Of a stretch of 64,000 bases of DNA, positions 29,335-34,570 are shown one piece after another. The notes beneath the pieces were generated by a model. The model was not told the DNA's origin and did not search any database. It saw only the letters and a list, made by a program, of their open reading frames with translations. Origin of the DNA: a virus. Taxonomy: Duplodnaviria > Heunggongvirae > Uroviricota > Caudoviricetes. Positions within the stretch are counted from its first letter, which is position 1. Each line of letters begins with the position of its first letter. A program made the translations under genes and the position numbers. The stretch spans positions 1-64,000 of IMG/VR virus record IMGVR_UViG_3300049203_000077; one strand, 5' to 3'.

Positions 29335-29406
29335 AGCCCTTGTCGTCTAGTAGTTAGGACGCTGCCCTTTCAAGGCGGAGAAGACGGAGCGTAACCGTTC
29401 GAGGGT
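29335..29406 (+). tRNA. tRNA-Glu (anticodon TTC)
   Basis: Acceptor GCCCTTG/CGAGGGT with two G.U pairs, D stem GTCT/GGAC, anticodon loop CTTTCAA, T arm GACGG-AGCGTAA-CCGTT (atypical T loop). Confidence 0.45.
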
Positions 29407-29411
29407 ACATA

Positions 29412-29484
29412 TCGGCTCGTAGTTTAACTGGTTAAAACTTCCGGCTCATAACCGGATGTTCTCGGTTCAAGCCCGAGTGAGCCA
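29412..29484 (+). tRNA. initiator-type tRNA-Met (anticodon CAT)
   Basis: U8, D stem GTTT/AAAC, anticodon stem TCCGG/CCGGA, loop CTCATAA, T arm CTCGG-TTCAAGC-CCGAG. Standard numbering leaves position 1 (C) unpaired opposite A72, as in bacterial initiator tRNA. Confidence 0.55.
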
Positions 29485-29489
29485 ACAAA

Positions 29490-29561
29490 TTGCCTTATAG
29501 TAGAATGGTCAGCACGCATCCCTGATAAGGATGAAATCTTGGTTCAATTCCAAGTGAGGCA
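29490..29561 (+). tRNA. tRNA-Ile (anticodon GAT)
   Basis: Acceptor TGCCTTA/TGAGGCA, anticodon stem CATCC/GGATG, loop CTGATAA, T arm CTTGG-TTCAATT-CCAAG. Confidence 0.6.
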
Positions 29562-29565
29562 ACTA

Positions 29566-29638
29566 TAGGAAGTTCGTATAGTGGTTTAATACATCATCCT
29601 TACAAGATGAATTCCTGAGTTCGATTCTCAGACTTCCT
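29566..29638 (+). tRNA. tRNA-Val (anticodon TAC)
   Basis: Acceptor AGGAAGT/ACTTCCT, D stem GTAT/ATAC, anticodon loop CTTACAA, T arm CTGAG-TTCGATT-CTCAG. Confidence 0.65.
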
Positions 29639-29643
29639 ACTTC

Positions 29644-29717
29644 TGGGGGTACATGTACCAAGGCTGGCGAGTTTGCCTTGCAAGCAGACTGTGGTCGTTT
29701 CGATTACGACTATCTCC
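29644..29717 (+). tRNA. tRNA-Ala (anticodon TGC), tentative
   Basis: Acceptor GGGGGTA/TATCTCC has a G3.U70 wobble, the Ala identity element; anticodon stem TTTGC/GCAGA with loop CTTGCAA; canonical T arm GTCGT-TTCGATT-ACGAC; the D region is irregular. Confidence 0.45.
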
Positions 29718-29866
29718 ACCTGAATTTGGTAGATTCAAATATTTACCATATCTTTGTATTATGAAATTCGTGAAACAATATCTACTCTCCTATTTATCTA
29801 GCCTCAGTTATCCTGTGGCAGGGGAGTATATTGTCGGGTTTTAACTATCTTAGGAATTTACCGGGC

Positions 29867-29901
29867 TCCCCTGCTACTAAATACAGCAGGGGATTTTTAT
29901 T
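29867..29901 (+). terminator. intrinsic terminator inside the tRNA array
   Basis: Hairpin CCCCTGCT-ACTAAATAC-AGCAGGGG followed by ATTTTTATTT. Confidence 0.6.
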
Positions 29902-29905
29902 TATA

Positions 29906-29979
29906 TACCTCCGTGGGCAAATAGAAAAGTCGCTAGTCTTAGAAACTAGAGTTTTGCGAGTGCAAGTCTCGCCGGGGGT
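29906..29979 (+). tRNA. tRNA with Leu anticodon TAG but class-I (short variable arm) structure
   Basis: Acceptor ACCTCCG/CGGGGGT (7 bp, one G.U), anticodon stem CTAGT/ACTAG, loop CTTAGAA, T arm GCGAG-TGCAAGT-CTCGC; the variable region is only about 6 nt and the D loop has no GG. Confidence 0.4.
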
Positions 29980-29982
29980 ACA

Positions 29983-30056
29983 CAGCGGTGTAGGCTAATT
30001 GGTAACGCCGTCAGACTTAAAATCTGAAGTTTGTGAGTTCAAATCTCACCATCGCT
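29983..30056 (+). tRNA. tRNA with Leu anticodon TAA but class-I (short variable arm) structure
   Basis: Acceptor AGCGGTG/CATCGCT, anticodon stem TCAGA/TCTGA, loop CTTAAAA, T arm GTGAG-TTCAAAT-CTCAC; variable region 5 nt. Confidence 0.45.
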
Positions 30057-30061
30057 ACATA

Positions 30062-30144
30062 AGGAGAGTAAATCAGCATGAAGCTGGGGCGTCCTGCTAA
30101 GACGTTCGTACTATTGAGTATGTGGATCAGGGCCACTGCTCTCC
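30062..30144 (+). tRNA. possible class-II tRNA-Ser (anticodon GCT), atypical
   Basis: Acceptor GGAGAGT/GCTCTCC; anticodon stem GCGTC/GACGT, loop CTGCTAA; extra arm GTACT-ATTG-AGTAT; the T loop ATCAGGG and the D arm are non-canonical. Confidence 0.3.
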
Positions 30145-30149
30145 GCATT

Positions 30150-30234
30150 TGGAGGATTGCCAGAGCTGGTAATGGCGCTGTCTTGAAAACAGAGGGCGGG
30201 TAATACCGACAGGAGTTCGATTCTTCTATCCTCC
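30150..30234 (+). tRNA. tRNA-Ser (anticodon TGA), class II
   Basis: Acceptor GGAGGAT/ATCCTCC, anticodon loop CTTGAAA, long variable arm, T arm AGGAG-TTCGATT-CTTCT. Confidence 0.6.
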
Positions 30235-30241
30235 GCTTTAT

Positions 30242-30324
30242 TGGGAGTTTATACCGTAGGGGTAGCGGGCCTGACTGTAAATCAGGTGGCTTTGGTCTCG
30301 GGTGGTTCGACGCCATCAGCTCCC
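30242..30324 (+). tRNA. tRNA-Tyr (anticodon GTA), class II
   Basis: Acceptor GGGAGTT/AGCTCCC, anticodon stem CCTGA/TCAGG, loop CTGTAAA, long variable arm, T arm GGTGG-TTCGACG-CCATC. Confidence 0.6.
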
Positions 30325-30337
30325 ACTTTAAAATAAA

Positions 30338-30369
30338 ATTTGGAAAATTCAAAAATTTGTTTTACCTTT
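30338..30369 (+). promoter_or_regulatory. internal Bacteroidetes-type promoter, near-identical copy of the 28812 promoter
   Basis: TTTG at 30338..30341, a 20-nt spacer (GAAAATTCAAAAATTTGTTT), then TACCTTTG at 30362..30369; the AAATTTGGAAAATT(G/C)AAAAA segment is shared with the promoter at 28812. Confidence 0.55.
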
Positions 30370-30373
30370 GCAC

Positions 30374-30451
30374 TATGATTAACAACTGGCATAATACATT
30401 TACCTTCACTCCCAATCAACCTGATCGGGCTAGGGTGTATTGTGCTAACTA
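30374..30451 (+). other. candidate 25-codon micro-ORF or small RNA between the internal promoter and terminator
   Basis: ATG at 30374 immediately after the -7 element; encodes MINNWHNTFTFTPNQPDRARVYCAN; a roughly 100-nt transcript would end at the terminator at 30477..30509. Confidence 0.3.
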
Positions 30452-30476
30452 AGGATTTTCTTACGTTTTTCCATAC

Positions 30477-30509
30477 ACCCTCAGTCAAAAAGCTGAGGGT
30501 TTTTTATTT
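30477..30509 (+). terminator. intrinsic terminator
   Basis: Hairpin CCCTCAG-TCAAAAAG-CTGAGGG followed by TTTTTTATTTT. Confidence 0.6.
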
Positions 30510-30512
30510 TAA

Positions 30513-30587
30513 TCGAGTAGTGTCGGGAATGGTAATTCCGTCTTCCCTTGGAAGGAAGGGCATGCTAGTTCGAGCCTAGTCTACTCG
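30513..30587 (+). tRNA. tRNA-Pro (anticodon TGG)
   Basis: Acceptor CGAGTAG/CTACTCG, anticodon stem CTTCC/GGAAG, loop CTTGGAA, T arm GCTAG-TTCGAGC-CTAGT; the D arm is an unusual 5-bp stem GGAAT/ATTCC with a 4-nt loop. Confidence 0.5.
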
Positions 30588-30594
30588 ACTTTAA

Positions 30595-30665
30595 CGGTGT
30601 ATTGGTGAAATGGTATCATACTTGTCTGTCTAACAAGTGTCCTCGGATCGTAACCGTGATACACC
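30595..30665 (+). tRNA. tRNA-Asp (anticodon GTC)
   Basis: Acceptor GGTGTAT/ATACACC, anticodon stem CTTGT/ACAAG, loop CTGTCTA. Confidence 0.6.
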
Positions 30666-30670
30666 GCAAT

Positions 30671-30741
30671 TGGGAAATTAGCTCAAAAGTAGAGCGAGAA
30701 GCTGTTAACTTCAGGACGGTGGAGCGTTACCATCATTTCCC
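30671..30741 (+). tRNA. tRNA-Asn (anticodon GTT)
   Basis: Acceptor GGGAAAT/ATTTCCC, D stem GCTC/GAGC, anticodon loop CTGTTAA, T arm GGTGG-AGCGTTA-CCATC. Confidence 0.55.
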
Positions 30742-30751
30742 GCTTAACACA

Positions 30752-30852
30752 CTAATGGGTGGTGGAATTTGGCAGACGCACCTCCTCGTCTCGGTGGCGC
30801 AGATAAAGGAAATAAATAACCTCTGCATGTACGTTCAAATCGTACCCCATTA
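30752..30852 (+). ncRNA. 101-nt tRNA-like structured element (interrupted tRNA?)
   Basis: Perfect 7-bp acceptor-like closure TAATGGG/CCCATTA and canonical T arm GTACG-TTCAAAT-CGTAC, but about 60 nt lie between them with internal hairpins AGACG-CACCTCCT-CGTCT and GCAGA-(18 nt)-TCTGC. Confidence 0.35.
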
Positions 30853-30858
30853 GCTTAA

Positions 30859-30932
30859 CGCCTGCTGTAGCTCAACTGGTAGAGCAATCCCCTTGTAAGG
30901 GAAAGGTTGTCGATTCGATTTCGACCTCAGGC
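30859..30932 (+). tRNA. tRNA-Thr (anticodon TGT) with an irregular acceptor stem
   Basis: Canonical D arm GCTC-AACTGGTA-GAGC, anticodon loop CTTGTAA, T arm GTCGA-TTCGATT-TCGAC; the 5' acceptor strand GCCTGCTG carries a bulge relative to the 3' strand CTCAGGC. Confidence 0.5.
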
Positions 30933-30984
30933 TCACATAAAGAAGTTAAGGATGCGCACGTAGAAATATGCCTTAATTTCTGGA

Positions 30985-31055
30985 AGGGGAGATAACTCAA
31001 TGGTAGAGTAGAGGCCTGAAGAGCCTTAAATGCAAGTTCGACTCTTGCTCTCCCC
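30985..31055 (+). tRNA. tRNA-Phe (anticodon GAA)
   Basis: Acceptor GGGGAGA/TCTCCCC, D stem ACTC/GAGT, anticodon stem GAGGC/GCCTT, loop CTGAAGA, T arm GCAAG-TTCGACT-CTTGC. Confidence 0.65.
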
Positions 31056-31062
31056 ACTTATA

Positions 31063-31133
31063 ATGCCTTGTAGTAGAAAAGTAACACGTCGGGTTTTGAC
31101 CCCGAAGAAGATTGGGCGGTACAATCCAAGGCA
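31063..31133 (+). tRNA. tRNA-Gln (anticodon TTG)
   Basis: Acceptor TGCCTTG/CAAGGCA with the U1-A72 pair typical of bacterial tRNA-Gln, anticodon stem TCGGG/CCCGA, loop TTTTGAC, T arm GATTG-GGCGGTA-CAATC. Confidence 0.6.
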
Positions 31134-31135
31134 TC

Positions 31136-31206
31136 TGTGACTGAAGCTTTTGAGTAAAGTGCCTCTCTGTGAAAGAGGAGAATGGAGTGCGAGTCTCCAC
31201 TGTCAC
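31136..31206 (+). tRNA. tRNA-His (anticodon GTG)
   Basis: Acceptor GTGACTG/CTGTCAC (6 of 7 pairs), discriminator C73, D stem GCTT/AAGT, anticodon stem CCTCT/AGAGG, loop CTGTGAA, T arm TGGAG-TGCGAGT-CTCCA; no encoded G-1. Confidence 0.5.
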
Positions 31207-31210
31207 CTTA

Positions 31211-31283
31211 TACGGGATTCGTATAGTGGTTATTATCTCGGTCTCCAAAACCGTAGGACAGATGTTCGAATCGTCTATCCCGT
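31211..31283 (+). tRNA. tRNA-Trp (anticodon CCA)
   Basis: Acceptor ACGGGAT/ATCCCGT, anticodon loop CTCCAAA, T arm AGATG-TTCGAAT-CGTCT. Confidence 0.6.
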
Positions 31284-31286
31284 GCT

Positions 31287-31315
31287 AAAGCTCCTTAAAA
31301 GGGAGCTTTTTTCAT
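31287..31315 (+). terminator. intrinsic terminator closing the tRNA array
   Basis: Hairpin AAGCTCC-TTAAAAG-GGAGCTT followed by TTTTTCATTTATTTT. Confidence 0.6.
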
Positions 31316-31375
31316 TTATTTTAAAAATAGTTTGTAAAATTCTTGACTTTGCCAAAAATTTTCTGTAGCTTTGTC

Positions 31376-31429
31376 AGCGCGGAGTCGCACTAACAAACCA
31401 ACAGAGTGTCTGTTGAGCGCGAGAGTCGC
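31376..31429. repeat. GC-rich direct repeat flanking a short hairpin
   Basis: GCGCGGAGTCGCA at 31376..31388 and GCGCGAGAGTCGCA at 31416..31429 flank CAACAGA-GTG-TCTGTTG at 31398..31414; a local GC island in AT-rich DNA just upstream of the morphogenesis module. Confidence 0.45.
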
Positions 31430-31493
31430 AGAGAGTTTAGAATATGGGTAGAGAAGAGGTGTTAAGATAAGATTTAAGAAAATTACCAAATTA

Positions 31494-31525
31494 TTTGGAA
31501 AATTACAATAATAGTTCTATCTTTG
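31494..31525 (+). promoter_or_regulatory. Bacteroidetes-type promoter of the morphogenesis module
   Basis: TTTG at 31494..31497 inside the motif TTTGGAAAATT, a 20-nt spacer, TATCTTTG at 31518..31525; the ATG of the next gene is at 31541. Confidence 0.55.
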
Positions 31526-31540
31526 TTAAGAATTTGAAAA

Positions 31541-31882
31541 ATGCAACTAGTAAAGATACGAAAGAAAACCAGTAGTAAAGTAGAACAAGCTAAGACAATG
31601 ATTAGCATTTTCTGTTTACTAACAAATATCAAACTGTCAGATACAGAGTTGACAGTACTTGCATATTTCATGGTGTATAAAATAAATAGAAAAACAAAAG
31701 ATCTTATTCTAAGTGCAGGTATTCTAAAATCAGACGACAGTTTAAAGAACACTCTGTCTAAATTAAAGAAATTTGGAATGCTTGTTAGGAATATAGACAG
31801 TAAGGAGTATTCTCTAAGAAAGGAATTAGACTTTACACTCACTCCTGCAATGGGCGTTCTTATAAAAATTGATAATGCTTAA
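31541..31882 (+). CDS. hypothetical small protein, first gene of the structural module (possible small terminase or DNA-binding protein)
   Basis: 113 aa; its position before TerL and directly downstream of a promoter suggests this role; no motif. Confidence 0.4.
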   Translation: MQLVKIRKKTSSKVEQAKTMISIFCLLTNIKLSDTELTVLAYFMVYKINRKTKDLILSAGILKSDDSLKNTLSKLKKFGMLVRNIDSKEYSLRKELDFTLTPAMGVLIKIDNA

Positions 31883-32397
31883 TGAAGGATATTAAGATAG
31901 TTTCAAGATTGGTAGCAAGAGAGTTTAACTATGATCCAGAGCTAACAGAGGATGTGAATGACTTCTTCTGGAAAGAAACAAGAAAGATGCTATCTTCTAT
32001 GGAATACACTTCAGTTTCAATCAAATGTCTTTGTACTCTCACTGTCTCTAAGAGAAAAGTAGATTACATAATAAAAAAGTTGATAGGAAAGATAAGGAAT
32101 ATTCGTAAGTCTACAAGATATAAAGAAAGTACAACAGCCCTCTTATTAGAAGTGAACTATGACAAGCTAAGAAAAGCTTTAAAACAAAGAAATATATTAG
32201 CTAAACAATACTATGAAAATTACACTAAAAGGATTAGCAGAGTACGTGAAGCTTCTTCCAGCAATAATAGCGAACTCGGACAAGATATTAGAGGCAACAT
32301 GGAATCAGGTGAAGAACGAGTTGGGGATGCTGAAAGAAGAGGAACAACAGGAAATAGTGAGGAGACGATTAATATGTGCAACATGCCCTTTCAATAG
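31882..32397 (+). CDS. hypothetical protein
   Basis: 171-aa ORF; the C-terminal 60 aa are low-complexity and overlap the next ORF in another frame. Confidence 0.35.
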   Translation: MKDIKIVSRLVAREFNYDPELTEDVNDFFWKETRKMLSSMEYTSVSIKCLCTLTVSKRKVDYIIKKLIGKIRNIRKSTRYKESTTALLLEVNYDKLRKALKQRNILAKQYYENYTKRISRVREASSSNNSELGQDIRGNMESGEERVGDAERRGTTGNSEETINMCNMPFQ

Positions 32398-32671
32398 CTC
32401 AAACGCTGTAAAGGATGGATATAAAACAAATAGGATTGATGAGCATTGTATAATGTGTGGATGTACAATAACAAGAAAAACAAACTCTCTTTCTTCAGAT
32501 TGTGGAATATCTTGTTGTAATCCCGATTCAGAATGTAATTGTGCTAAAGAAAACGTTAAAAAATTTAATACAGAGAATAATATAGTAATTGAACCCAAAT
32601 GGTTCAAATTTAAAAATCAAGAAGATGAGCAACAAACAAAGAATTCAGACGAAGCAACAGATATTCCATAA
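32213..32671 (+). CDS. Cys-rich hypothetical protein
   Basis: 152-aa ORF with CATCPF, CIMCGC and CCNPDSECNC clusters; overlaps the preceding ORF by 185 nt in the +1 frame. Confidence 0.35.
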   Translation: MKITLKGLAEYVKLLPAIIANSDKILEATWNQVKNELGMLKEEEQQEIVRRRLICATCPFNSSNAVKDGYKTNRIDEHCIMCGCTITRKTNSLSSDCGISCCNPDSECNCAKENVKKFNTENNIVIEPKWFKFKNQEDEQQTKNSDEATDIP

Positions 32672-32849
32672 CTTTGTGGAGATAGTAGAGTTGTTCCCTC
32701 AATACACCATAGCTCAACATATGGTACATGTATTACGCCCTCAAACAGGATGTTACCAGTGGACTGATGAAGAGCTTCTAAGAAAGTTTGAGAAATATAG
32801 GGATGAGCTTGAAACTGAATTAGTAGATAATATTAAAGAAGACGAGTAA
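32589..32849 (+). CDS. hypothetical protein
   Basis: 86-aa ORF. Confidence 0.3.
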   Translation: MNPNGSNLKIKKMSNKQRIQTKQQIFHNFVEIVELFPQYTIAQHMVHVLRPQTGCYQWTDEELLRKFEKYRDELETELVDNIKEDE

Positions 32850-33188
32850 TGTTTCTAGCATTCTTAGAATACTTTCCAAGTTACTTTAAATTCTATAGAT
32901 GGATGAGAGGAGGTAATTGGAAATACGTTGTGTGTAAATTCCCAGCACCAATAAATGGATGTTGGGTACACAACTCAGAAGCACTCTGGTGGGAACTTAT
33001 TGAGAAAGAAGAGCAATATTAAAAAATGCTAACTAGTTTTAAATGGTTTAGAAAATTATCTAAAGGTTCTTGGTATTTGTACAGAAGTACAGGGCAGCTT
33101 CCAGGACTTTTTGGATGCTGGTGGTCAAGAACTAAACATCCAGAGCATAGATATTATTATCTCTTAAGAGAAGAACATTACTAAAAAT

Positions 33189-33262
33189 TGCGGGGTGGAC
33201 TGGAGAGGTGCCAGCTCGGTCTCATAAGCCGGATAACGAGAGTTCGATTCTCTCTCCCGCAA
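33189..33262 (+). tRNA. second tRNA with CAT anticodon (elongator Met or Ile2), isolated inside the structural module
   Basis: Acceptor TGCGGGG/TCCCGCA, anticodon stem TCGGT/GCCGG, loop CTCATAA, T arm GAGAG-TTCGATT-CTCTC; it ends 2 nt before an ATG at 33265. Confidence 0.55.
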
Positions 33263-33352
33263 CTATGAAAATAGAAGTAGCCTATAACCCTCTATTTGAT
33301 TATAACGGTCCATTCATTGAGAATGGGTATACATCAACTTTTATAGATTTCA

Positions 33353-33772
33353 GTGAGTATGCACAAACTAACAATACAAGTTCCTGTCTACCAGTTCAAG
33401 TGTGTGGTGATAATCGACAAGGATGTAGAGAGGAAAGCGAACTCCTTCATAAGGAGAAATAAGTGGAATGAAGACCTTCTTATTAAGGATGGTGACCAAG
33501 TCCACGGGTATGCAATAAATCCCGGACTTGTACACACCTACTACATCTTCTACTCAGAAGAAAGTGTAACACCCAATATTATAACACATGAAGTGTCGCA
33601 TTTAGTAGACTATGTAATGGGTGACAAAGGTATGGTGGACACAGAAACAAGAGCCTACCTATCTGGATTTATAAATGAAAAGATATTTGATTACGTATTA
33701 AAGAATAAACTACTTATTAATAAATGGCTGGTAAAAGAAAACCTCAACTTGACAGAAAACCTTCAAAAGTAG
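33353..33772 (+). CDS. putative HExxH zinc metallopeptidase-like protein
   Basis: 139 aa containing ITHEVSHLVDY (HExxH); overlaps a possible 66-codon ORF at 33265..33462 in another frame. Confidence 0.35.
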   Translation: MSMHKLTIQVPVYQFKCVVIIDKDVERKANSFIRRNKWNEDLLIKDGDQVHGYAINPGLVHTYYIFYSEESVTPNIITHEVSHLVDYVMGDKGMVDTETRAYLSGFINEKIFDYVLKNKLLINKWLVKENLNLTENLQK

Positions 33773-33932
33773 AATCTGACACTTGGAAGCTTTCTCCAAG
33801 ACAAATATTAATTCAAAAGCTAAATATGCTTTTATATGCAGCTCAGATTAATAGAATTAGTGATGTAGAAGCTAATGAATTATTAAGAATACTTTCGCAT
33901 ATGTAATCTGCACAGTTTAGTCTTGGAGGCTA

Positions 33933-34274
33933 TTGCGTCTGCAAAACGTTTGGAATCAGTTCGAATCTGATACTGTGCTCACAAAAACCAATATGACTAA
34001 AGAACGCATATTTATTGTTGGTGATGAAACAAGGATTCTTCAAGAAGAGGTGAGTCTTAGGCCTTATAATCTCACTGATGCAGATATTATTCATGCAGCT
34101 ACAGTAATGTCTATTGCTAGATTTATATGGGATTACGAAGCTCGCCTTCAGGATCCTTCCTTCTATGCAGATATCCCTACATTTGAAATCCCAGAATATC
34201 CTAAAAAAGAACCATCGTTCTTTGATAGATTAAAAAGAAAACTAACATGGCTAAGAAAGTTAATTCATATATAA
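33933..34274 (+). CDS. hypothetical protein
   Basis: 113-aa ORF. Confidence 0.35.
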   Translation: MRLQNVWNQFESDTVLTKTNMTKERIFIVGDETRILQEEVSLRPYNLTDADIIHAATVMSIARFIWDYEARLQDPSFYADIPTFEIPEYPKKEPSFFDRLKRKLTWLRKLIHI

Positions 34275-34570
34275 GTGTTGAACTTGACTGGGCTGAGAAT
34301 CAGCTCCAGTCTTGGAGGGACTATGTAGATGCTAATCCACTTCATCTATTAGAGGATAGATGGGGTAAGAAAGAGATGCCTAAAGGTGGACATACATGGG
34401 TAGTAACAGCAACAAAAGAACAGCAAATTAAAGCTGTACAAGAAACAATGGTGAAATATCTTCAGCTTCTTGAAGTGGTAGATAAACTTAGAGAGAAAGA
34501 AGAAGCTAAGGCTGAAGCTAAAGGGGATGCTGGTATTCCCAATAGAATGAAAAATAAAGATGGAAATTAG
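34247..34570 (+). CDS. hypothetical protein
   Basis: 107-aa ORF. Confidence 0.35.
   Translation: MAKKVNSYISVELDWAENQLQSWRDYVDANPLHLLEDRWGKKEMPKGGHTWVVTATKEQQIKAVQETMVKYLQLLEVVDKLREKEEAKAEAKGDAGIPNRMKNKDGN

Noticed and set aside
29133-31368. Track ORFs of 60-120 codons on both strands across the tRNA array (29133..29333-, 29653..29844+, 30017..30352-, 30282..30488-, 30602..30853+, 30872..31057-, 30997..31248-, 31150..31368+)
   Set aside because: They run through densely packed cloverleaf tRNA genes and terminators and have Pro/Arg-rich, GC-driven nonsense composition; judged spurious.
33265-33462. 66-codon ORF immediately after tRNA(CAT)
   Set aside because: It overlaps the better-supported HExxH ORF (33353..33772) in another frame, so it was not listed as a separate feature.
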